Of a DNA stretch of 64,000 nt, positions 55,969-64,000 are shown piece by piece. Both the position numbers and the translations under genes were made by a program. The DNA comes from Chrysochromulina tobinii (lineage: Eukaryota). Location: positions 1 through 64,000 of the forward strand of contig JWZX01003317.1 in NCBI GenBank assembly GCA_001275005.1. The letters run 5' to 3'. A model generated the notes under the pieces. The model saw only the letters and a list, made by a program, of their open reading frames with translations, ran no database searches and was not told where the DNA came from. The stretch's first letter is position 1, and every line of letters begins with the position of its first letter.

Positions 55969-57219
55969 ATGATCCTGGTGCGTCAGGTCGATGCACAGTC
56001 GAAACTCCTCGCCAACGATAAAGGCGCTGCGTACTGGCATGTGTGGAAGCAGGAGTACCCAGGCGATTACAGCGTCCCGACGGGTACTATCAGCAGGAAT
56101 ATCGTGCCCACGAAAAGCTACATCCAGCGAGATGGCGCCATCCATGGCTATAAACCTGAACCTGGCAGCGGTCGACCGCAGCGGTCCAAGAGCGTCGACA
56201 TACCAATCCAAGATGCCGACAGGCCAACCAACATGCTCGTGCTGGCGTCTATGTCACCAAGCCCCCCACGGCAGCTAGAAGATCACAAAATCCCAGCACC
56301 GCCGCCGGCCGTGGGCGGAATGTATGTACGCAGCGAAGACGGAAAGCTGGTCGAGAGCTCGCACTACAAGGAATGGATGGCTGCGCAGCGTGCGCCCTCA
56401 GAACTAGAGCTGAAGCACCACAAGCAAAACTTTACGGAGCTCCTTTTCCTGGAGGCCGAGCAGTGCGCAGCCAGTGGTATCGTTTCTAAGCTCAGCCAGC
56501 AGCGCTCACCGCGCTCCACATTACATGGCGCTGCACGTCCCGTGGCTCTCGAGCCCGACGCACCTGGGTCTTCAGCGAGCCCAATCAAGCCCAGCATGGG
56601 GCGAAAGCACAACCCAGATCTGTGGGCACTGACTTCGGACGGTAAGGGGGGGTATCCCTCCTATGATCATGATTCTCCGGGAACTTGGGGCGGCGGGCAC
56701 GCTGATGCGCCAGCCATTCGCGCGCGCGGCATCGGCAGCTCAGACATCCTCAATCCCACTGCAATTCAACATGCAGGTGGCAGCGTGCAGCGCAATTTCG
56801 AAGACTGGGGTGCAGCAGCAGTGGACACATCGTTTCCAAGGGACAGGCACGTCCCACTTCAAGACTCAGTCGCCAACGCCGCCCTAGTCGGGCGCGGCAA
56901 ATCGGATGTTGACGTCTATTGTCAATACAGTATTTCGCCGCGCCAGCAGCGCGCCGAGTATAAGGCTCTGGAGCTGCAGGCACGCGAGAAGGCCGATCAC
57001 AACACCAATCGGCGCCAACGCACAAGCGTCACCGTGGCTTATTGGGACGAGCGCGAGCGTGCGCGCCGTGTGACCTATGCATCCGCGGCGCTCGCGTCCA
57101 GCGACCTCAACGCTGAATTAGCAACTCGCGAATACTGGATGAACCAGCCAACGTCAAACAGGTTTCCAGTGGCGAGAGGTCAATACAATCTGCCCAATTT
57201 CAACCTGAAAATGTTCTGA
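55969..57219 (+). CDS. Hypothetical protein
   Basis: 416-codon ORF; no family recognised. Confidence 0.65.
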   Translation: MILVRQVDAQSKLLANDKGAAYWHVWKQEYPGDYSVPTGTISRNIVPTKSYIQRDGAIHGYKPEPGSGRPQRSKSVDIPIQDADRPTNMLVLASMSPSPPRQLEDHKIPAPPPAVGGMYVRSEDGKLVESSHYKEWMAAQRAPSELELKHHKQNFTELLFLEAEQCAASGIVSKLSQQRSPRSTLHGAARPVALEPDAPGSSASPIKPSMGRKHNPDLWALTSDGKGGYPSYDHDSPGTWGGGHADAPAIRARGIGSSDILNPTAIQHAGGSVQRNFEDWGAAAVDTSFPRDRHVPLQDSVANAALVGRGKSDVDVYCQYSISPRQQRAEYKALELQAREKADHNTNRRQRTSVTVAYWDERERARRVTYASAALASSDLNAELATREYWMNQPTSNRFPVARGQYNLPNFNLKMF

Positions 57220-57624
57220 ACGCACGCCCGCACGGACGCAGAGCCCGGAGAATCGCACATCCAAAGGTGCACGCGACGGCGCGCGGGCGGGTGGGGTCGC
57301 CGTACGCCGACGGGGGCGCCCGCGCGCTGCCCGGCTCTGCGGACTGTGTGTACGTACATTATATTGATAATTAGCTGAAAAGAGTGGCGCTTTACCTTGG
57401 TATGGCACCCCGGCGCCACTGAGCACGACATGCCACACTACCCCTCCGCCGCGCCGGCGTTATGTCAGCGCACACGCATTGGAGTTTGGACATCGATTGG
57501 GACGTGCGTGGCCGTGGCCTACGTACTCTTCCAGTTCGGTGCTTGCGTTTGGAAAGGGAGCCGTGCCTGTTCTGCCGTTACCCCGAGCGCCTGTGGGCGA
57601 GCGTAGGGGAGGCCGTCGCCTCAC

Positions 57625-58527
57625 TCACAGGTCCGCCCTCGCCTTACTCGTGGCGCGCCCTGAGAGTTCGGGCTTGAGCTCGTAGTCGCCGTAATTCTCC
57701 CCGCGCTTCGTGACCTTGACGCACACCTCGTCGAGGCACACCTTGAGGCCATCCTTTGTACCGATCGCGTATTCGAGATCAATCTTGGCCCAGTACGCCT
57801 TCTGGCCGAAGAGATCGAGCACCTTTTCGCGCAGCTCCGTTCTGCTGAGCGACACGTGGCGCTGGCGCTTGCTCGATGCGAGCGCGCGCTGCTCGCCGCG
57901 CTCCTCCTTGGCTCTCTTCTCTTCGCGCTGCGTCCCGTGGTGGTTGAGCGCGGGCTTCTTGAGCACTTCGTCGTCTCCTACGATGTCTATCTGCTTTTTC
58001 TCTTGCGCTTTCTCGAACCGCTCGCGCACCAGGCTGTTGTAGTCCTCATCAAGTCCCTTGGGTCGAATCTCGCCCTTGGCGACGACGCGGCCCTCGAGCC
58101 GTGCACCGGCAGCTGCTCCGCCGGGGCACGCTGACGCTGACGCTGCTGGCGCCGTCGACGAGGACGATCTTTTCGGCGGCTCGGCGGCCGAGTGCGAGAA
58201 GATGTACGTCGCCGGTGGCGCCAGCCCAAAATTGACCTCATAGTCGCACGGGATGCCCTCTGGCAGCGTAGCGCCGTCGAGCGTGAGCGTATACGCCGTT
58301 GAGGCGGACGATGATGACGAAGTGCCCGCCGATGACGATGACGGCGCGATTGTGCCAAGAGGGCGGCCAGCAGCGTGCTGCACGCTGAAGTAATTGTTGA
58401 GGAACTTGGGAACCTTCAACACCCACAGCTGCTCGTTCGCATCGCCCATAGCGAGCGCCGCGTCCTCCGTTGTCGACGCCGCCGCCTTCTTGCGAACGGG
58501 TGCCTGCTCCACGCGTGGCTCGCTCAT
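57625..58527 (-). CDS. GTF2F2: General transcription factor IIF beta subunit (RAP30/Tfg2)
   Basis: LWVLKVPKFL N-terminal motif; C-terminal winged helix ELREKVLDLF....YW...L...LDEVC....RG....YELKPE. Confidence 0.85.
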   Translation of the reverse strand: MSEPRVEQAPVRKKAAASTTEDAALAMGDANEQLWVLKVPKFLNNYFSVQHAAGRPLGTIAPSSSSAGTSSSSSASTAYTLTLDGATLPEGIPCDYEVNFGLAPPATYIFSHSAAEPPKRSSSSTAPAASASACPGGAAAGARLEGRVVAKGEIRPKGLDEDYNSLVRERFEKAQEKKQIDIVGDDEVLKKPALNHHGTQREEKRAKEERGEQRALASSKRQRHVSLSRTELREKVLDLFGQKAYWAKIDLEYAIGTKDGLKVCLDEVCVKVTKRGENYGDYELKPELSGRATSKARADL

Positions 58528-58782
58528 CGTGCAAAAGAGAGAGCAAGGGACCTCAAGTGCGAGGCTCAAGAATGGAAGCGCGAGCGAGCGAGCGACGCGT
58601 GCGGGCGGGCGCGAAGTCGCTTGCCGCGGCGCGGCTTTGCTCGGTAAAGGCGAGGCAGCCGCCCAGACGCCAACTGTTCATTGTGCTAAACATACTGATG
58701 CTTGCCGCACGCACGCGGGGCAAAATCCGATCGCAAAAGCAAAGCCCTCCTGACCGTCCGGATCGAAGCGCCGCTGGCAACG

Positions 58783-60549
58783 ATGACGACCTGCGCATCC
58801 GTCGAGGCCCACGCCTCGGGTTCGCCGCGCACCGTCGCGTCCACCGAGCCCGACAAGAGCCGCTTTCGCCTATTTCTAAAGGAGGCTACCGAACTCCTGG
58901 CCCCTCTCCGCCAGGACCTGGCAGACCTGGCGCGCTCCGCCAGGAAAGAACTTCTGGACCTTACGTCGGGCGGTTCGGCCCCAACGGCTTATACGGCTGT
59001 CTCCCGAACCGCCTCCATGATGGAGGCCGCGCCCCCGCCCCCGCCAGTGCCTGTACCTGCGCCGGCACCCGCACCCGTATCTGCACCAACTGCACCGCCA
59101 CCGTCCCTGCCTCCGCCGTCACCTCCCCCGGCGCCCGCGGTAGACCCCGCGCCTGCTGCGGCGCCTGTGGCGCCCGCAGCCGCTGCAATGGCGCCCGCCG
59201 CGCCCGCGGCACCTGTTGCGCCCGCCGCTCCTACCGCGCCCACCTCGCCTGCCGATGCAGCGGCTGTTTCGAGTGGGAGAGGAGGCGACGGAGGCGGCGG
59301 CGCTTCGCGCCTCGGCCCGTTTGAGATGAGCGAAACGCTGCTCGGCGAGGGCGGCTATGGGCGCGTGGTACTCGCACGACACGCGGAGAGCGGCGAGCAC
59401 GTCGCTGTCAAGATGATGCACACCAACTCGCCTAACGCCGTCATGCGCGAGATCCACGCGATGCGGGTCGCGGGCACGCATGAGCACGTTTGCGGGCTGC
59501 GCGCGTACTTCGCCGGCAGCGACGGACGCACATTCCACCTGGTGCTCGATTTGTGCTCGGGTGGCGAGCTGTACGCGCTCGTTGACAGGTACGGCGCGCT
59601 CGCTGAGGGAGATTCGTGGCGCTACTTTCGTGGGATGCTCGCCGGGGTGCGCCACCTGCACTCAGTGGGCATCGCGCACCGCGACCTCAAGCTCGAGAAT
59701 GTGCTGCTGGGCGGGCCCGAGCAATTGACGCCCAAGATCTGCGACTTTGGGCTCGCGCACATCTACCAGCGCACGGCTGACGGCCTCAGCTTCGAGAACG
59801 TGTCCCTCACGCAGTGGTGCGGCTCGCGCTCCTACTGCCCGCCGGAGATTATGGCACGCATGCCTTATGAGGGCTTCCGTGCCGACCTGTGGTCGCTCGC
59901 CGTGGCGCTCTTCGCCATGGTGAGCGGCTTCTTCCCCGTCGAAGAGGCGACGCAGCGTGACTGGCGCTTCTCACGCCTTGCGGTGCTCCAGCTGCGCGGC
60001 GGCCCTACGGGCGAGTCGACCACAGCCTGTATCTACGGCTTCTACTCGCGCCCTTGCCCGCTCTCGCCCGCTCTCGTCGAGTTGCTCGACGCGATGCTCA
60101 TGCTGCAGCCGGGGCGCCGCATGCCGCTCGACGACGTTGCGACCTCCGCGTGGGTCCAGGGCGGCCCCGATGCCCCTGCAAGAGGCCTGCCGCCGCAGCC
60201 CGTGGCGCCGCCCACAGCGCCCGACACGGCGCTCGACGCCGGCAGCGCCCGACATGGCGCGGACATCGGCGCGGACATCGGCGCGGCCGCGGCCGCCATG
60301 AATGATACGTTTATGGAGGGTGACGTCGTCGTCAACGGAATGCGCGACCTCGAGATGGCCGAGGTGGACGGCCCTCTCTACAGAGAGGGCAGAGGGAGAT
60401 TGGGTGCTCACGACGGCGCTCACTCGCCGACCACGACGGCGCCGCCGAGGCTGCGGCGCAACAAGGCGTGCAGCCAGCGGGTTGGCGTCGAGGAGGACGC
60501 ACATGACGGGTCTTGTGACAGACGCGCAAGCGCTCGTGTTCAGGAGTGA
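58783..60549 (+). CDS. CAMK-group (SNF1/CIPK-like) Ser/Thr kinase with Pro/Ala-rich N-terminus
   Basis: LGEGGYG.V, VAVK, GGELY, HRDLKLEN, ICDFG, CGSRSYCPPE, ADLWSL. Confidence 0.9.
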   Translation: MTTCASVEAHASGSPRTVASTEPDKSRFRLFLKEATELLAPLRQDLADLARSARKELLDLTSGGSAPTAYTAVSRTASMMEAAPPPPPVPVPAPAPAPVSAPTAPPPSLPPPSPPPAPAVDPAPAAAPVAPAAAAMAPAAPAAPVAPAAPTAPTSPADAAAVSSGRGGDGGGGASRLGPFEMSETLLGEGGYGRVVLARHAESGEHVAVKMMHTNSPNAVMREIHAMRVAGTHEHVCGLRAYFAGSDGRTFHLVLDLCSGGELYALVDRYGALAEGDSWRYFRGMLAGVRHLHSVGIAHRDLKLENVLLGGPEQLTPKICDFGLAHIYQRTADGLSFENVSLTQWCGSRSYCPPEIMARMPYEGFRADLWSLAVALFAMVSGFFPVEEATQRDWRFSRLAVLQLRGGPTGESTTACIYGFYSRPCPLSPALVELLDAMLMLQPGRRMPLDDVATSAWVQGGPDAPARGLPPQPVAPPTAPDTALDAGSARHGADIGADIGAAAAAMNDTFMEGDVVVNGMRDLEMAEVDGPLYREGRGRLGAHDGAHSPTTTAPPRLRRNKACSQRVGVEEDAHDGSCDRRASARVQE

Positions 60550-61089
60550 AGCTGGAGACCGACACATGCTCAGAGATATGCGATACTTTATGGTGATGCG
60601 CATGTTGCGCGCGCAGCCGGCTCCGTGCTGACGTGGCGCGACGCCCGCGGCGCGCCACATGCGCACGTGCGCGGCGGGCTGAGGCTGTCAAAGTCACGCA
60701 AGAGTTACGCAAGTCGCAAGAGTAGAATCCGATGGCATGCGAAACGGTTGATGGTAAACAAGGTATGTTCAATGTTGAAGTTGATGGGGTGAACCGGCCC
60801 GCGGGGGCCGGGGCTGTTTTGTCGTAACACTACTTTTTCTGGCCGGTGGAGCTCCGGCCCGCCCCCGGGCCCCGGAGCGGATGTGCGGAGCCGTCCTTTT
60901 AGACGTGGTTTGGTGAGCGCCCGGGGGGACCGCAAGCAAGCTAATTAGTCGAAACAACACTTGCTTGCTTGCTTGAGGGGACCGCGATCAAATTGTCTGC
61001 CAGTCTCTACTAGTTTTTCCCCACATCCCTGCTTTCGTTTGGGAGCAGACTAACGAGCATTTTGCCCTGGAAGGCAAAACTCGTTGAAG

Positions 61090-62349
61090 ATGGCGACGGT
61101 ATCCCAAGGCGACTGGGTGGCTTTCGGCGACCAGCCGGCGCGCATTGGCAAGTGCGATGGTGCCAAGATCGCGGTTGCTCTGCTCGAGGGCAATCGCACG
61201 CTGTGGCGCACGCGAGCAGACGTCAAGCCATTATTCGGCACGTCTGGCACGCCCAAAGCACTGGTCGAGGTTGGCGATTGGGTCAAGCTGGTCGCCAAGG
61301 CCGGTGAACCACAATCTGTCGCACAGGTGCTCCGGATCGAGGGCGGCAGGGTGAGCGTGCGTATCATCGACTCCGGAAAGACTCTCTGGCGCGGCTTTGC
61401 CGACCTGACACGACCGTTTGACGATGCTCCGAAGACAATCATCCTGAGTGGTGGCGCCGCCTCGACTGGCGCCTCGACTGTAGCGCATGCTCCGCCACCG
61501 CCAAGTGCGACGGCTGCAGCGCCCCAGCCCCTCAGGAGCATCGCGAGTGGCGCCGAAGCCAAAACTGCCTCATCGACCATGCTCACCCTGATGGTCTCGG
61601 GCAACTTCGGCGGCGGCCTGTCGGTGGACACGTCGGGCATGGCCTGCGTCGCCGACCTCAAGCCTGCCTTGCAGGCCAAGTATGCGCCGTGGGCGAATCT
61701 GCCCACGGCCTCGATTCGGTTCAAGTATGACGGCGAGACCCTCCCGGATGAGTCGCCTCTCGATCCGAAGTGGCATGATGGGTACCTGATGGCCATGGTA
61801 CTCCGCTCATCCGGCCCCGTGGCCTCCACGTCGCCGACGAGCGTGGTTGAGGCCACCGCCGACGACGAGGCGCCAACGGCTACAGGAGGCCGTCCGATGG
61901 TTCGCTCGCCCTCGTTTGCGCAGCGGATGGCCAAACAGCGGCAGGAACGGTCCGCACAGCGCTCTGCGCGGGGAGTGAAGCCGTCGCCACGGATGAGCCA
62001 TCCGCCCACAGGGCCCGAGCCAGCCGACCGCTCGCCCGACGATCCGCCATGCGCGCTCTGCGGCCGTCCCGTCGCTAAGAGCGAGGAGTGGGACGTAGAG
62101 AGAGCCGGTCTCGCCCCGCGTCTGTGCAATCACGCGCGCTGGGCTGGCGTTGTGTTTCACGCGCAGTGCGGCGGATGCTTCAAGTGTGGGAGCAAGCTGT
62201 CCCTCGAGGTCGACGCCATCGGCGGCATCTATTGCGCGGCGCACATGAAGCAGCGCATCGCCGCCGCCGGAGGACCGATCAAGGCGTCTGACCCCGCGTC
62301 TCTACTCAACACAGAGAAGTATTTCATGAGGACGAGCGCCGCCGCGTGA
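61090..62349 (+). CDS. Protein with two Tudor/KOW-like repeats, a ubiquitin-like domain and a LIM-like zinc finger
   Basis: GDWV...TLWR repeat x2; VADLK...IRFKYDGETL.D; CALC...FHAQC..CFKC...YCAAH. Confidence 0.7.
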   Translation: MATVSQGDWVAFGDQPARIGKCDGAKIAVALLEGNRTLWRTRADVKPLFGTSGTPKALVEVGDWVKLVAKAGEPQSVAQVLRIEGGRVSVRIIDSGKTLWRGFADLTRPFDDAPKTIILSGGAASTGASTVAHAPPPPSATAAAPQPLRSIASGAEAKTASSTMLTLMVSGNFGGGLSVDTSGMACVADLKPALQAKYAPWANLPTASIRFKYDGETLPDESPLDPKWHDGYLMAMVLRSSGPVASTSPTSVVEATADDEAPTATGGRPMVRSPSFAQRMAKQRQERSAQRSARGVKPSPRMSHPPTGPEPADRSPDDPPCALCGRPVAKSEEWDVERAGLAPRLCNHARWAGVVFHAQCGGCFKCGSKLSLEVDAIGGIYCAAHMKQRIAAAGGPIKASDPASLLNTEKYFMRTSAAA

Positions 62350-62746
62350 GGCAGTCCCGCGTGCCAACTCTATGCCAACACCATCGGATGTGGGAGCCTG
62401 TGTGCGCGCAGAGTGTGGGAAGATCTCCAGAGATCGGATCGACGGCCGGTGTCAACCAGCGGCCCGGCCAGCCGTGGAGCCGAGCGGCTGTGGAACCTGA
62501 GCACTGCCTGGCGATGTTCGTCCTTCGACGGAGAGGCGGCTTCGCCCTGGGGCCTGGCCCCCACCTGGCGTGGCCGCCCTCTGTGTCGTGTGTACAAACT
62601 TATATTGTAGGTCCCCTATTCGCTATTGCGTGCCCATAAGCATAACTGTAAAGCGGCCAACAAGACCTCTTTTCCGCGGGCGGATTCAACAACGTTCGAA
62701 AGGCTACCCGGTGACCTGGGTTAGACGGGAGGGGATCAGCAGGGGT

Positions 62747-63280
62747 TCACAGCTCGTCGTTCGCCCTCAGCTTCTGCTCCAGCTCCTGCAGGTTGGGCAT
62801 GCCGCCGAGGCCCCAGCTTTTCATGTGCTCATCCTGCTGCCGCTCGAGCTCCTCAAAGACGGCTTCTGGGCCACCCTCGTGCTCGGCTTGCTGCTGCACA
62901 AACTTGGCCTGCAGAAGGGCAAAGAACCCATCGGACTCTTTGCGGCTGACGAATCCATCACCATCCTTGTCCATTTGTGCGAAATCCATACCTTCTTCTG
63001 AGCCGCCCATCGCATCGAACTCCTCTTTGCTGATTTTCTGGTCCTTGTTCTTGTCCATGATCGGGAAAATCATTCCTGCCATGCCGCTGCCCATGCTGCC
63101 AATGCCCCCCATGCCGCCCGTGCCGTCCATGCCGCCCGGCCCGGCATTGGCCGGCACTGCGCGTGGTTTCTTTTTCTTCACTGTCTTCTCTGCCGAGGCG
63201 CCCTTGGGAGGTTTTGAGACGGCTGGAGTCGTTGCACAGAGCAGGAGAAGCGTCGGCAGGAAGAGATACCCTTTCACCAT
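62747..63280 (-). CDS. Secretory/ER-lumen EF-hand protein
   Basis: Signal-peptide-like N-terminus; DKNKDQKISKEE and DKDGDGFVSRKE loops; C-terminal NDEL. Confidence 0.85.
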   Translation of the reverse strand: MVKGYLFLPTLLLLCATTPAVSKPPKGASAEKTVKKKKPRAVPANAGPGGMDGTGGMGGIGSMGSGMAGMIFPIMDKNKDQKISKEEFDAMGGSEEGMDFAQMDKDGDGFVSRKESDGFFALLQAKFVQQQAEHEGGPEAVFEELERQQDEHMKSWGLGGMPNLQELEQKLRANDEL

Positions 63281-63581
63281 CACAGCCGCCGAGGATTCCA
63301 GTGCTGGCCTGTCACTGACTCACGAAACTCGACGCCGTCGGGTGTCGGCCAAAACTATTGAACTTAGAAAAGTTGTCGTAGTGCGTCACAATGTACATGC
63401 ACTCCAAAATTGGCCGTTTCTTGCGGAAAGTGTGTTTTTTGGAAAGTACGTTTGCGGCGGACCTGGGGCGGACACACGCGTCACGCCCGGCCCCTGCCGG
63501 CGGGACGGTCTACAGCCTCTCCACATTGCTCATTGGCCTGTCTGAGCACTGAGGGGACGTGCACAGTTGTTGTCGCCTTCG

Positions 63582-64000
63582 ATGCACGCATTCATGTCGA
63601 ATCGTGCGGAGGCTACTGCACCAGACGAGCGAGCGCAATCTGCTCGCCGTGCTGCTCGCGCCCGGCGGACCCGAGCCCTTGACGCCCTTGACGCCAACAG
63701 CTCGTGGGCCATGAGGGACATCCGCGCTGAGGGCGCTGCGCTCACCGAGGCCGCCACCTCCAACGACGAAGACACTCGTGACCTTAATGCAGATCTCATC
63801 GTGCTCACGCATCCCTTTCTGGAGATTCAAGTCAAGTCGAAGCTGCTGCAAGAGGCCTCTCCAACCGTCCTTGGCCCGCAGACTTCATCCTTATGCACTT
63901 GGGCTGGACATACTCCGATGGGCTTACCCAAGCAGGTGAGGGCATCGCTGAGCATCTCTGACTGCACCGTGGAGGCGCTGCTCGCCTTCGTGGAGCTTGC
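63582..64000 (+). CDS. Partial gene running off the window, possible BTB/POZ domain
   Basis: Frame open from ATG 63582/63594 to the end: ADLIVL...EIQVKSKLLQEASP...LSISDCTVEALLAFVEL. Confidence 0.5.
   Translation, partial: MHAFMSNRAEATAPDERAQSARRAARARRTRALDALDANSSWAMRDIRAEGAALTEAATSNDEDTRDLNADLIVLTHPFLEIQVKSKLLQEASPTVLGPQTSSLCTWAGHTPMGLPKQVRASLSISDCTVEALLAFVEL

Noticed and set aside
61050..62129. 359-aa minus-strand ORF
   Set aside because: Antisense to the better-supported 61090-62349 gene

Overview
GC-rich, gene-dense eukaryotic nuclear DNA with short intergenic spacers and few, short GT-AG introns. The gene content suggests a flagellated alga, probably a haptophyte (inference). About 28 protein-coding genes are supportable. 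Recognisable products: UDP-glucose 6-dehydrogenase, L-rhamnonate dehydratase, an FKBP PPIase, two prolyl 4-hydroxylase paralogues, a NEK kinase, a CAMK-group kinase, TFIIF beta, FkbM and catechol-type O-methyltransferases, DUF711, a CCDC66/CSPP1-like protein and a membrane RING-H2 protein. The rest are coiled-coil or unknown proteins. No rRNA, tRNA or CRISPR array was seen. Main points of interest: (1) an apparent FANCA homologue outside animals; (2) a 1.2-kb degenerate Tc1/mariner-IS630 element with TA duplication, G-rich TIRs and a convergent cargo ORF, inserted into another repeat family; (3) two dispersed non-coding motifs whose copies all sit in sense orientation just upstream of genes; (4) several unusual domain architectures (EF-Ts-like UBA+FKBP, saposin+thioredoxin, split RING-H2, Tudor/KOW+Ubl+LIM). 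All homology calls are motif recognition by eye, not database searches.
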